A stretch of 64,000 nucleotides of DNA from Desulfosudaceae bacterium (lineage in GTDB: Bacteria; Desulfobacterota; Desulfobacteria; Desulfobacterales; Desulfosudaceae): assembly GCA_963674745.2 (NCBI GenBank), contig CAXXDV010000003.1:32001-96000 (forward strand), given 5' to 3'. The translations under genes were made by a program, and so were the position numbers. The notes below the pieces were generated by a model, which had not been told where the DNA came from, did no database searches, and was given only the letters and a program-made list of their open reading frames with translations. Positions 17,184 to 27,675 of the stretch are shown here, one piece after another; the first letter of the stretch is position 1, and every line of letters starts with the position of its first letter.

Positions 17184-17396
17184 CTGGATTAGTCGGTCAA
17201 GCCGAGTAATGACTCCTTTGCACGTCATCATCCGGCTCGACCGGATGATCCAGAGTATAATTGGCTGTATTCAGAATAACTGGCCTGTCGGATTTGCTGG
17301 ATTGCCCGGTCAAGCCGGGCAATGACATCAAAGGTAAACCGGGCAATGACAATAAGGTTGTCGGGCAATGACATCAAAGGCAAGTCGGGCAATGAC
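17184..17396. repeat. REP-like palindrome cluster plus GGGCAATGAC tandem units
   Basis: 30-bp palindromes at 17184, 17224 and 17297 in alternating orientation; units at 17317, 17341, 17363 and 17387. Confidence 0.8.
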
Positions 17397-17415
17397 GTGA
17401 AGGTAAAGGCCGCTA

Positions 17416-17966
17416 TCAGGCAGCCCTTTTTACGTAGTAGTGATTAAGCAGGCCGCGAGCAGGGATTGACAATGTACTTCTTCGGGATTGGCGGGTTTTT
17501 CCGGATAATCAAATCCGTCTGGTATGCGATTATTTATACCCTGGTGAGGGCGTTGAGTATTATGATGGGTTTCAATGCAGCGCAGGACATGCCGAAAATG
17601 TTTTTCTCTCAGAGGGATGATCTTGTCCAGCGTCTCCCTGGCTTCCCGGACAAACCGTTCGGCATAGGCATTACACATGGGTGTCTGAGGTGGGGTTTTT
17701 ACGATTTTAATGCCATCGGTTTTAATAATGTGATCCAACGGTATAAAACTTGAGTCCCGGCCATGAATAATATACCTGCAGGGAACCTGGTCGTCGGCAA
17801 GTTTCATGGACAGGTTTCTGGCTTGTTGTTTCATCTTGGCGGAGTTCGGGTGGGGCGTGCAGCCGGCGATATGAATGCTGCGGGTTCCCAGATTAATAAA
17901 AAATAACACGTAGAACGTAACGAGCCCTCTTGACGTCCAGACTTCTTCAGTAAAAAAGTCAGTCAC
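17416..17966 (-). pseudogene. Second rve transposase copy, 5'-truncated and frameshifted near the 3' end
   Basis: Highly similar to the C-terminal half of 9075-10151. Confidence 0.88.
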
Positions 17967-18059
17967 CCGTCCAACCGGCTCGTTTCTAGTTGACGGCTTT
18001 TTGACGGCCCGTTATGTCATTATATGGTCTGGTAGAATATTGGCAGAATTGAAAGGAAT

Positions 18060-18197
18060 TCATTGAATTCTGTGGCATCTATTGAACGTATTGAATTAAT
18101 GTTTTGTCTGTTTAAATGCTGGTAATCAAAAGAGAAACAATGTATTTCGGCTACTTGGTAGAAAGGGCAGTTAAATATTCGACTCCCGCCACCACCA
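18060..18197 (+). other. Third island-end region ending in a degenerate tmRNA 3' fragment
   Basis: ATTGAA repeats and GCTGGTAATCAAAAGAGAA are shared with 6481-6575; ends TTCGACTCCCGCCACCACCA. Confidence 0.65.
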
Positions 18198-18477
18198 TGT
18201 ATTACATCTATATTCTCCATATCTGCGCACGCAGGTGGTTGACACGACCAGATGATGAGCGGCCTGTAAACTTTGTGTCTTTTGTCAACAACGCCTCTAA
18301 TTCCTCGATAACGAACCTTTCCCTCAAATTTATTGGGGTTAAAACGACCAGCAGTTGACTGAAAAGGTTCCAATGTCGTACCATCTCTTATTTTCCTTGA
18401 GGTTTGGGGGCTTTTTATTCTGTTTTAGAAAAAGACATTTTATAAGATGATGACACCCAAAAAAGACAGCCGCATAC

Positions 18478-20949
18478 ATGGCACGAACAAAAAGTAAAGC
18501 GCCCTTGACTGAATTGGCAGGGATTTTTTTTATATCTGCAGCCCTTTTAGCCCTTGAAATCTGTCTGACACGTATCTTTGCCGTAATGATATGGTTCCAT
18601 TTTTCTTTCCTGGCCCTCGGCATTGTCATGCTGGGATTTGCCTTTGCAGGGATTGTGCTGGTCCTTTTTCAGAAAATCGAAAAAACGCGAGCGACTGCCG
18701 CTATTGCCGGGTTGGGTTTCGCTTTGGCCTCGGGGCTAGGCGTAGCCTTGATGATATGCCAATCGATGATTTTCGACCATTTCTACAAACTGAAGGCGAT
18801 ACATTACTTTCTCGTGCTTTCTACTCCGGTTTATATGATCCCTCTGTTCCTTTTTGCCCTTCTTATGGTTGTCGTATTTACCTCAGGCTTCACCTGTGCC
18901 GGTGTGGCGGTTGCGGTAATGTTTGCCGGAAGGCCGCGGGATGTCGGTCGCCTGTATTTTGCCAACCTGGTCGGCGGAGGGCTGGGAAGCCTTTTAATCC
19001 TTCCTCTTCTTGCACGGGTAGGCGCCCTGGATGCCATACTGGCCATCATCCTGATTATCCTTTTAGGGACTTTTTGTTTCATTGGCTCCAATCTCCGACG
19101 TTCCGGCTGGAAGTTCGCAGCCTGCATTGCATTTGCGGCAACTGTCATTGCCGTCATGGGAATAACCGACAGCAACACACCGTTTGCCGAAAGCCTTCTG
19201 GTCCGTCAGGATGTTACGAAAGAAAACCGGCTTTTTCGAAAATGGAATTCATTCTCCTGTGTGGATTTCTATCTAGTGGACAAAAAGGATCCGCTTTATC
19301 GTGAATCATTGTGGGGGTTGAGCAGAACTTATCAGGGAGATACCCCGGAACTGGTCAAAATGATCATAGATTCATGGGCTGTTACGGCCGCCTATCGAAT
19401 GAATGATAATACCCTTGACCTTCCTTTTTACGAATACCTGCCGACAAATCTGGCTTACAATATTCTTTCCCGTCCTTCGGTTCTGGTGCTTGGTGCGGGC
19501 GGCGGTGTTGATATCCTCTCTGCTCTTCATTACCGGGCATCCTCGGTGACCGGGGTGGAAATCAATCCATCTATTGTCGAAGCCATGAGAAATGAACTGG
19601 CCGGCTTTTCCGGAGACCTATACAACCGATCCGATATCGCGGTCCATGTTGCCGAGGGGCGCCATTGGCTGAGTCGGGACCGAAACACCTATGATTTGAT
19701 TCACCTGTCCGGCGTGGACTCACTTTCCGGTGCCCTGTCATCCGCTTACTGTTTTTCGGAGAGCTACCTCTATACGATTGATGCCTTCAGCGATTACCTG
19801 GCGCATTTAACTGATGACGGTATCGTTTCTCTACTCAGGGCCGCTTTTACCCCGCGCATGGAGATGGAGATGCTTCGACTTCTCACTACTGCCTCAGAGG
19901 CCCTCAATCGCAGTGGCATCAAGTCTCCGGAACGTCATCTGATGATTGTCCATTCCAATGTGAACCTTTTTGCGGTGTTATTGGTGAAAAAGAAACCTTT
20001 AACCCCGGCACAGATGCATGCTATTGATATCGCTTGTAAAAATAAAGGTTTTTCAGTCCTTTACAGCCCTGACCGTCGGCTGGAAAACGCTTTTTATTCT
20101 TTTTTCAGGGCCTCCGATAAGAGACATTTTTATGACCGCTATCCTTTCAAGGTTACGCCGGTCACAGAAGACAAACCCTTCTTTTTTAATTTTGCAAAGG
20201 TTTCCAATGTTTTCAGGCCGCCCGATATGGTCTATTTGCTTTACTTCATAGGCGAGATGGTGCTTTGGGGCGGAACTTTTCTGGCTTTGATCCTTTTACC
20301 CGTTTTTGTCGTATGGCCGGTTAAGTATTTTCGAAAACGAAAAATCCCTGTTCGCCGTCCCTGGGTATTGATGACATATTTTATGGGTATTGGAATCGCG
20401 TTCATGATGGTGGAGAATATTTTTATCCAAAGGTTTACCATCTTTCTCGGTCAACCGGTCTACTCCCTGTCACTGGTGCTTTTCTGCATGATGGTGTTCG
20501 CGGGGATGGGGAGTTACTGGTCGGGGTTGTCCCGGGAAAAAAGATGTCAGCGGATACTCGTGGCATGCGGGATACCGGCGTTATTGCTGGTCACCTTCCT
20601 GATCGCAGAAATCGTTTTTTCGGTTTTGTTACATGCCGGCCTGTTCACACGCCTGATGGCCTCGGCGGTTATGCTGGCGCCCTGCTGTTTTCTTATGGGG
20701 CTACCTTTCCCGTATGGAATTCGACGTCTTGAAATAAATGAGACTCGTGCTATTCCCTGGGCCTGGGCATTAAACAGCTATGCCTCGGTGCTCGGTGCTT
20801 TTCTCGCCGTTATCGGGAACATTAACCTGGGATTCACCGCCACATGTACTATTGCGGCTGTCATTTATGCTGCCTGCGGGGCTCTTTTGTTCCAATGGCG
20901 GCCCCTGAAGAACGGCCATTCTTTTTCCGGGTCAAACCCTCCGTTATAA
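18478..20949 (+). CDS. Polytopic membrane protein with central SAM-dependent (spermidine synthase-like) domain
   Basis: VLVLGAGGGVD...VEINP...EGRH...YDLI flanked by TM blocks. Confidence 0.85.
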   Translation: MARTKSKAPLTELAGIFFISAALLALEICLTRIFAVMIWFHFSFLALGIVMLGFAFAGIVLVLFQKIEKTRATAAIAGLGFALASGLGVALMICQSMIFDHFYKLKAIHYFLVLSTPVYMIPLFLFALLMVVVFTSGFTCAGVAVAVMFAGRPRDVGRLYFANLVGGGLGSLLILPLLARVGALDAILAIILIILLGTFCFIGSNLRRSGWKFAACIAFAATVIAVMGITDSNTPFAESLLVRQDVTKENRLFRKWNSFSCVDFYLVDKKDPLYRESLWGLSRTYQGDTPELVKMIIDSWAVTAAYRMNDNTLDLPFYEYLPTNLAYNILSRPSVLVLGAGGGVDILSALHYRASSVTGVEINPSIVEAMRNELAGFSGDLYNRSDIAVHVAEGRHWLSRDRNTYDLIHLSGVDSLSGALSSAYCFSESYLYTIDAFSDYLAHLTDDGIVSLLRAAFTPRMEMEMLRLLTTASEALNRSGIKSPERHLMIVHSNVNLFAVLLVKKKPLTPAQMHAIDIACKNKGFSVLYSPDRRLENAFYSFFRASDKRHFYDRYPFKVTPVTEDKPFFFNFAKVSNVFRPPDMVYLLYFIGEMVLWGGTFLALILLPVFVVWPVKYFRKRKIPVRRPWVLMTYFMGIGIAFMMVENIFIQRFTIFLGQPVYSLSLVLFCMMVFAGMGSYWSGLSREKRCQRILVACGIPALLLVTFLIAEIVFSVLLHAGLFTRLMASAVMLAPCCFLMGLPFPYGIRRLEINETRAIPWAWALNSYASVLGAFLAVIGNINLGFTATCTIAAVIYAACGALLFQWRPLKNGHSFSGSNPPL

Positions 20950-21274
20950 AAAACAATACATCAACTAAGCGGCTTTTACGCCTTGCCAATCATAGATTTG
21001 TCGTGTTAAAAAAAATACGACAAACGGCAAGAAGTTTTTTTATTATAATATAACTAATTGATCTGTTGAGAAATTAAATGAATTTTGTCGCACTTATCCG
21101 TGGCTTTCGTAAAACATAACGGGTAAAAAATATTTAAATTTGTGGATATACATCTGCTGTGTCGATTCAATCATATTGCAAGAAAATCCCAGGCGTGGAT
21201 TTACCACCGGGCTACCTGAAAAGCATAAACAAGACGAAAACCGGATATTCAACCTGACTTCGAGAGGAACTCTA

Positions 21275-23110
21275 ATGACCAGACTGAAATTCATGCTGAT
21301 ATGGATTGTCTTCATGCTGCCCCTGATACAGACCGCCGCCTTCGCTAATGCTGCGGAAACCGCTGATGACGGTTACCGGTTCGATGAAATCGTGGTCACC
21401 GCCACCCGCCGGGAAATCCCCAGACAGGATGTGGCGGCGAATATTACGGTCATCGACCGTGAGGCCATCGATCGCGTGCCCGCGAGCACGGCCGGGGAAG
21501 TGCTTCAGTATATTCCCGGTGTATACGTAGAGTTCAACGGGGGGCCGGGGGCCATGGCCACGGCCCGGATCCAGGGGGCTGAAACCCGGCATGTGGCGGT
21601 CTATGTGGACGGCGTGCCTCACAACATCCTGGCCAACCCCCTGACGGATCTCACCGGACTGCCGGTCGAGGCCATTGAGCGTATCGAGGTTTACAAAGGC
21701 GCGGCCTCCTCGGCCTGGGGGTCATCCCTGGGCGGGGTCATCAACATCATCACCCGGACGCCGGACCCGGACAAGGCCATCGGGGCGTCTGCCCGCGCCT
21801 CCTTTGGCAAGGCCGACACCACCAGAAACTGGGTCCAGCTCACCGGCACAAAGAACCGGTTGGGGTATTTTTTGTCCGCCAGCTACAATGAGAGCGATGG
21901 CTTTACGGACAATTCCGCCTATGACCAGACCGCTTTCTACGGCAAGCTCAATTATGATATCACGGATGCCACCCAGGTGAATTTCGTCTGGAGCGATGAT
22001 GACGGACACAATGAAGATCCGCTCTTCAGTTTTCCGGAATTCTGGGACGACATCTACCGGGACCGGTCCTACCAGCGGCTGCTTTTTGAAACCTTTTTAA
22101 CCGACCGGCTCGGCTTCTCCGTGGAAGGCCGCCATCACTATTTTGATGCCCTCATCGAAGATGTTTACGCCGACCGCCGGGAAATCTTCAATGATTACGA
22201 GGAAACCACCTGGGGCGGGAGCGCCAGGCTCCTGTGGACCCCGAATCCGGCCCATGACGTCAACCTGGGAGTCGACGGCGACCGGGGGCGGTTCGACTGG
22301 ATTTACTACACCCGAAAATATGACACACGGAACTGGGCGGTCTATGCCAACGACACCTTCACCCGGGACAGATTCACCGTCAATGCCGGGCTGCGCTACG
22401 ACGACAACCGGGATTTCGGGTCCGCCGTGAGCCCTTCGGCGGGCGTTGTCTATCGCCTGTTTGACGATCAGGCCCTGGTGCGGGCCCAGGTGGCCAAAGG
22501 GTTTTCCGCGCCGCCCGCCGCCTGGGTCAAGGATCCTGTTTACGGCACCGAAGACCTGGACCCGGAAACCGCCGTGAACTACCAGGTGGGCACGGAACTA
22601 CGCTTCTGCCGAATCCTGCGGCTGGAAATCAACGCCTTTTACGCGGATGTGGAGGACCTCATCCGCTATGATGCGGACACCCGCAAATACGAGAATATCG
22701 ACGAGATCACCCGCAAGGGCCTGGAAGGCACCTTTGCTGCGGCCTTTGACTTCGGCCTGGACCTTTCCGTTTCCGGAAGTTTCACCGACGTGAAAGATGG
22801 AACCACCCGCCAGGAGGTAAAGGACATTCCCAGGCAACAGTACCAGGTATCCGCGATTTACAACCGGCGCTGGATGACCCATTCCCTGCTGGGAAAATAC
22901 ACGGATTACAACTCCACCTTTCCGGAAACCAAAGACAAAAAATTCGTGTTCGACTATCTGTTCAAGGCCCGGCTGCCGGAAATCCGGTACCTGGACCAGG
23001 CCGAGGTGTTCTGCGCCGTCTATAACCTGTTCAACTCAAACACCGTCTACCGCATCGACTGGCCCCAGCCGGGCCGGTGGATGGAGGCGGGGATCGAACT
23101 GGTTTTTTAA
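21275..23110 (+). CDS. TonB-dependent receptor
   Basis: Signal peptide, DEIVVTATR TonB box, IERIEVYKG...GGVINIIT plug, terminal Phe. Confidence 0.93.
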   Translation: MTRLKFMLIWIVFMLPLIQTAAFANAAETADDGYRFDEIVVTATRREIPRQDVAANITVIDREAIDRVPASTAGEVLQYIPGVYVEFNGGPGAMATARIQGAETRHVAVYVDGVPHNILANPLTDLTGLPVEAIERIEVYKGAASSAWGSSLGGVINIITRTPDPDKAIGASARASFGKADTTRNWVQLTGTKNRLGYFLSASYNESDGFTDNSAYDQTAFYGKLNYDITDATQVNFVWSDDDGHNEDPLFSFPEFWDDIYRDRSYQRLLFETFLTDRLGFSVEGRHHYFDALIEDVYADRREIFNDYEETTWGGSARLLWTPNPAHDVNLGVDGDRGRFDWIYYTRKYDTRNWAVYANDTFTRDRFTVNAGLRYDDNRDFGSAVSPSAGVVYRLFDDQALVRAQVAKGFSAPPAAWVKDPVYGTEDLDPETAVNYQVGTELRFCRILRLEINAFYADVEDLIRYDADTRKYENIDEITRKGLEGTFAAAFDFGLDLSVSGSFTDVKDGTTRQEVKDIPRQQYQVSAIYNRRWMTHSLLGKYTDYNSTFPETKDKKFVFDYLFKARLPEIRYLDQAEVFCAVYNLFNSNTVYRIDWPQPGRWMEAGIELVF

Positions 23111-24766
23111 TCGTGCTTGAGTAATACGATAAAGACCGGGGTAGCCAAAAGAAAAAGGGCCGTTCATTACGAACCGTCTGGACATGGCATCGATATAGGT
23201 TTTTTGAAACAAAAAGCTGCCCGGCGCCAGATCGGCGATCAGGCGGTCAAACTGCTGAAAATATATTTGCCGGGTCTCCGGGTCTTTTGCGTTCAAGGCC
23301 AGGTGCGCCAGGCGGGCGGCCTCCGGCGAGTCAAAGCCGCCGGCTATGGATCGTGTTTCTTCCGTCTTGACCCACAAGTTGAGGACTTGTTCCGGTCGAC
23401 GACCGTGAGTGGACAGGCTGGTCAGCACGGCCTGAAAGGCCGTGTTTTGAAAATAGCGGGCAAGGAGTTCATCAATCGTCAAAGACCTCAGATGGACCCG
23501 AATGCCCACATCATTCAGGCAGAGTTGAATATACCGGGCGATTTTAAGGTCGGTTTCGTTGCCGGAAGGCAGCAGCAGCTCAAATTCAAAACATTTCCCG
23601 TTTTTCATCAGGCATCGGGTTTGCGGGTCCAGGGTCCAGCCAGCCTTTTCAAGCAGTGCCAGAGCATGGGACGGATTATAGGGAAGGGGTTTAAGATTTG
23701 GATCATGCCCGGCAGACTTGTTGCCCATGGGACCCGCAGTTACCTCGGCCATGCCGTCCAGCATGCATTGGACCATATAGTCCCGGTCAATGGCTTGGGT
23801 CAGGGCCCGTCGGACCTGTGGATTTTCAAACAAAGGATGGTGGGTATTATACAGCAGTATCTTGTAATACGGGTAAAGGCCTATTGAAAAGTAAAACCGG
23901 TCGCTATATTGTTTAATGATTTTATAGTCTTTCAATGTCAAATCATCGGCAATATCGGTATCCCCTTTGATCAGGCGGAGCCAGGATGCCTCCCGGTCTT
24001 GAATATAATAAAAAATCACCTGGTCAATAGCCGGTCGGCCGTTGTAATAATTCTCATTGGCCGCAAGGATCACCTGTCCGTCAGCCGTGTGCTCGACAAA
24101 CTTAAAATGGCCGGAGCCGATGGGTGACTCGTCCGTATTCAGGTATGCCTGACAAGCCGGAGAAGGAATAATTTCCATATCCCATATATTATCCAGTAAC
24201 TCAGGAACATCCTGTTTCATGCGGATTTCCAGCTCATGGGTATCGATTGCCTTCAGGCTTGCGATGATATTACCCAGGCTTTTATTCCTGTTTTCAGTAG
24301 TCGATCGGATTGAAAATAGTACATCATCGGCCGTTAGCGGATCCCCGTTGTGAAAAAGAGCATCCCTTCTTAAGCGGATCCGCCAGGTAAATATTTTTGG
24401 ATCATAATTCCAGGCTGTTGCCAGATCCGGTTCGAGGCCCCCTTCCGTGTTCGGCATGAAAAGATAGCTGTAAATAAACGGGAACACATAGGTTGAACCC
24501 GAACAGTCCACCTTATGCGGGTTAAAGGAACCAAAATCGTAGTCCACATCGAATCGTAGGATATTGCCGGGAGCATCGGTGGCAGGAGGGGCATCATGAT
24601 CTTTGTCCAGGGAGCAGGCGGGCAGCAGAAGGAAAAGTGCCATAAACCATGCAACATAAAATATCCGCTGTGAGAATGTCCGCACTATCAATCCGGATTC
24701 GTAATTAGTATTCGAGATTTTCTTAAAGCAGGTGCCATGATAGCTCAAATTAATCGCTATCGTCAA
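23036..24766 (-). CDS. ABC transporter substrate-binding lipoprotein, family 5 (true start probably downstream of 24766)
   Basis: LPAC lipobox; PDLA..W, FHNG.PLTADDV and VRRAL.AIDR motifs. Confidence 0.85.
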   Translation of the reverse strand: MTIAINLSYHGTCFKKISNTNYESGLIVRTFSQRIFYVAWFMALFLLLPACSLDKDHDAPPATDAPGNILRFDVDYDFGSFNPHKVDCSGSTYVFPFIYSYLFMPNTEGGLEPDLATAWNYDPKIFTWRIRLRRDALFHNGDPLTADDVLFSIRSTTENRNKSLGNIIASLKAIDTHELEIRMKQDVPELLDNIWDMEIIPSPACQAYLNTDESPIGSGHFKFVEHTADGQVILAANENYYNGRPAIDQVIFYYIQDREASWLRLIKGDTDIADDLTLKDYKIIKQYSDRFYFSIGLYPYYKILLYNTHHPLFENPQVRRALTQAIDRDYMVQCMLDGMAEVTAGPMGNKSAGHDPNLKPLPYNPSHALALLEKAGWTLDPQTRCLMKNGKCFEFELLLPSGNETDLKIARYIQLCLNDVGIRVHLRSLTIDELLARYFQNTAFQAVLTSLSTHGRRPEQVLNLWVKTEETRSIAGGFDSPEAARLAHLALNAKDPETRQIYFQQFDRLIADLAPGSFLFQKTYIDAMSRRFVMNGPFSFGYPGLYRITQARLKNQFDPRLHPPARLGPVDAVDGV

Positions 24767-24904
24767 TTCGTGAACTCTGCTTGCGTCTCCTGTCTTAAAT
24801 ACGATATTAATATATTTTTATGGTTTGTACCCGACAACATTCCCGGCCGGCAGAAAGCCGGGGCGGCTGAAAAGCCGATGTATAAGATCCGGGGAGAAAA
24901 CAAT

Positions 24905-27664
24905 ATGTCCGATATTCAATGGCACCGCCTGACAATAGAAGCCATTACCGCGGAACTGGGTGTGGATGTGCGCAACGGCCTGGACAGCGCCGAAGCAGAA
25001 AACCGGCTGGCCGAATACGGCCCCAACGAACTGGAAGACCGGGGTGGCAAACACCCGCTTAAAATCCTGCTGGAGCAGGTGACCAGCACCATGGTCCTGA
25101 TCCTGATCGTGGCGGCGGTGATTTCCGGTTTTCTGGGCAAGCCCACCGAAACCATCGCCATCGCTGCCATTGTCGTACTCTTCGCCCTGCTGGGATTCAT
25201 CCAGGAATACCGGGCGGAAAAAGCCATGGCCGCCTTGAAAAAAATGACCGTTCCGACCGTGCGCGTGCGGCGCAACGGGGAGGCTCTGGAAATTTCGGCC
25301 CGTGACCTGGTGCCGGGAGATGTGGTGGAACTGGAGGCCGGCGACCTGCTGCCGGCGGACTTGCGCCTGGTGGAAAGCGCCAACCTTCGTATCCAGGAAG
25401 CGGCACTGACCGGGGAATCGGAACCCGTGGACAAGCACGCCGATCCACTTGACCGGGATGACATTGCCCTGGCCGACCGGCGAAATTGCGCCTATATGGG
25501 CACGGTTCTGGCCTATGGCCGCGGCGCCGGTATTGTTACGGCCACGGGTATGCGGACCGAACTGGGCCGCATCGCAGAAATGATTACCGGGGTGACCGAC
25601 CCGCCCACACTGCTTCAGAAACAGCTGGACGCTGTCGGCAATTATCTGGCCCTGGCCGGCAGTGTGGTGGCCGCCGTTGTGATGGGCATCGGCCTGTTAA
25701 AGGGTGAATCCCTGAGTGACATGTTCCTCATCGCGGTCAGCGTGGCCGTGGCCGTGGTGCCCGAAGGCCTGCCGGCGGTGGTGACGATTACCCTCGCCCT
25801 GGGCGCCCAGCGCATGCTCCGGCGCAATGCCCTGATCCGGAAACTGTCGGCGGTGGAGACCCTGGGGTCGGTGACCGTTATCTGCTCGGACAAAACCGGA
25901 ACACTGACGGAAAACCGGATGACCGTGACGCTTCTCGATGTGGACGAGCATCGCCTTGATCTGGGCGATATGGAACAGCCTGTGCCCGGATCGGCCGCGG
26001 AAGAAGAACAGGAAGCGGTTTTATGCGGGCAGTCGCCGGCCATCTGTCTGCTTTTGGGGTGCGGTGCCCTGTGTAACGATGCCTACCTGCTGCCCGACCC
26101 GGATACGGGCGGTTACGCGGTAACCGGTGACCCCACGGAAGGGGCCCTGCTGGTGGCGGCCGCCCGGGCCGGACTCACCCGTAGAACACTTGAAAAAAGC
26201 CTGCCGCGTAGCGATGAAATCCCTTTTGATGCCGAGCGCCGTTTGATGACCACCGTGCACGATTTGCCCCGTAATATTCAGGATGTTCCACCGAACATGA
26301 ACGCATTGTCACGACTGGACACATCCCGGGTGGTCATTACCAAAGGGGCGGTGGACAGCCTGCTGCCGGTTTGTGACCGGATCTGGTCGGTTGACGGGCC
26401 GGTGGCAATGGATGAAGCCGGCCGCAAGCGAATCGAGGCGGCCAATGTCCGCATGGCGAAAAACGGCATGCGCGTTCTGGGCCTGGCCGTCAAGGGCAAA
26501 TCTGAAAAAGAAAGCGATGTTGAAGAGATGCCCCTTGAAGCAGGCCTGGTCTTTCTGGGCCTGTTCGGCATGATCGATCCGCCCCGGCCGGAAGTCAAAT
26601 CCGCGGTTCAGACCTGCCGGACAGCAGGCATCCGGCCGGTCATGATTACCGGTGACCATCCCCTGACCGCCCGTTTTATCGCCTACGAGCTGGGCATCAG
26701 CCCGGACGGCGAGGTGCGCACCGGGGCTGAGCTTGATAAGATGACCCCGGCGGAACTGGCCGCAGCTGTGGACCGGGTTTCGGTTTTTGCACGGGTTTCG
26801 CCCGAACACAAGCTTCGCATCGTGGACGCCCTGCAGGCCAAAGGCCACGTGACGGCCATGACCGGTGACGGTGTAAACGATGCGCCGGCCCTGAAAAAGG
26901 CGGACATCGGTGTGGCCATGGGCATCACCGGCACGGATGTCTCACGTGAGGCCGCCCGTATGGTGCTGCTGGATGATAATTTCGCCACCATTTTGGCGGC
27001 CGTGGAAGAGGGCCGGACCATTTACGGTAATATCCGCAAGTTCGTTAAGTTCAGTGTGGCCGGGAACCTGGGCAAAGTCCTGGTTATGCTGCTGGCGCCC
27101 CTGACGGGGATTTCCGTGGCCCTGCTGCCCCTTCAGCTGTTGTGGCTGAACCTGCTCACGGACGGCCTGCTGGGACTTGGTCTGGGGCTGGAGCCGGCCG
27201 AACCGGGTATCATGGAAGATCCGCCGCGTTCTCCCCGGGAAGGTTTTTTCAGCGGGGGCATGACAGGGCAGATTCTGCGTATCGGCACGGTCATCGGCCT
27301 GACCGCCCTGGTCCTGGGGGTGGTGTATTACGATCCTGCCGATTCCGCGAACAATGTCTGGCAGACCATGATGTTTACCTCTCTGGCCTTTCTGCAGGTC
27401 GGTCAGGCCCTGGCTTCCCGATCGACACGGGCAAGCTTTTTCTCTCGAAAACTTGAACCGAATCATGTTCTGACGGCGCTCAGCCTGGTCGTTGTGCTGC
27501 TGCAGCTGGCGGCCGTGTATCTTCCATACGTCAACGGTTTTTTCGGCGCTCAGCCACTCACCGTCCGACAACTTCTTCTGTGTGCGGCATCAGGAACGGC
27601 TGCCTTTATCCTGATCGAGGTGGAAAAATATGTCCGTTTTCAACGTTTCAAGAGAACCACCTGA
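24905..27664 (+). CDS. Cation-translocating P-type ATPase (P2A/Ca2+-like)
   Basis: TGES, VPEGL, DKTGT, GDGVND. Confidence 0.95.
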   Translation: MSDIQWHRLTIEAITAELGVDVRNGLDSAEAENRLAEYGPNELEDRGGKHPLKILLEQVTSTMVLILIVAAVISGFLGKPTETIAIAAIVVLFALLGFIQEYRAEKAMAALKKMTVPTVRVRRNGEALEISARDLVPGDVVELEAGDLLPADLRLVESANLRIQEAALTGESEPVDKHADPLDRDDIALADRRNCAYMGTVLAYGRGAGIVTATGMRTELGRIAEMITGVTDPPTLLQKQLDAVGNYLALAGSVVAAVVMGIGLLKGESLSDMFLIAVSVAVAVVPEGLPAVVTITLALGAQRMLRRNALIRKLSAVETLGSVTVICSDKTGTLTENRMTVTLLDVDEHRLDLGDMEQPVPGSAAEEEQEAVLCGQSPAICLLLGCGALCNDAYLLPDPDTGGYAVTGDPTEGALLVAAARAGLTRRTLEKSLPRSDEIPFDAERRLMTTVHDLPRNIQDVPPNMNALSRLDTSRVVITKGAVDSLLPVCDRIWSVDGPVAMDEAGRKRIEAANVRMAKNGMRVLGLAVKGKSEKESDVEEMPLEAGLVFLGLFGMIDPPRPEVKSAVQTCRTAGIRPVMITGDHPLTARFIAYELGISPDGEVRTGAELDKMTPAELAAAVDRVSVFARVSPEHKLRIVDALQAKGHVTAMTGDGVNDAPALKKADIGVAMGITGTDVSREAARMVLLDDNFATILAAVEEGRTIYGNIRKFVKFSVAGNLGKVLVMLLAPLTGISVALLPLQLLWLNLLTDGLLGLGLGLEPAEPGIMEDPPRSPREGFFSGGMTGQILRIGTVIGLTALVLGVVYYDPADSANNVWQTMMFTSLAFLQVGQALASRSTRASFFSRKLEPNHVLTALSLVVVLLQLAAVYLPYVNGFFGAQPLTVRQLLLCAASGTAAFILIEVEKYVRFQRFKRTT

Positions 27665-27675
27665 AACCGGATTGT

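Noticed and set aside
17317..17396. GGGCAATGAC units as a mini-CRISPR
   Set aside because: A 10-bp repeat with 12-14 bp, partly repeated spacers is too short; no leader or cas genes.
18197..18358. MYYIYILH start resembling a GIY-YIG nuclease
   Set aside because: No YIG motif or further similarity follows; too little to call.
20950..21274. Cobalamin riboswitch ahead of the TonB receptor
   Set aside because: No B12-box or GCCACTG core is visible, so the substrate is left unassigned.
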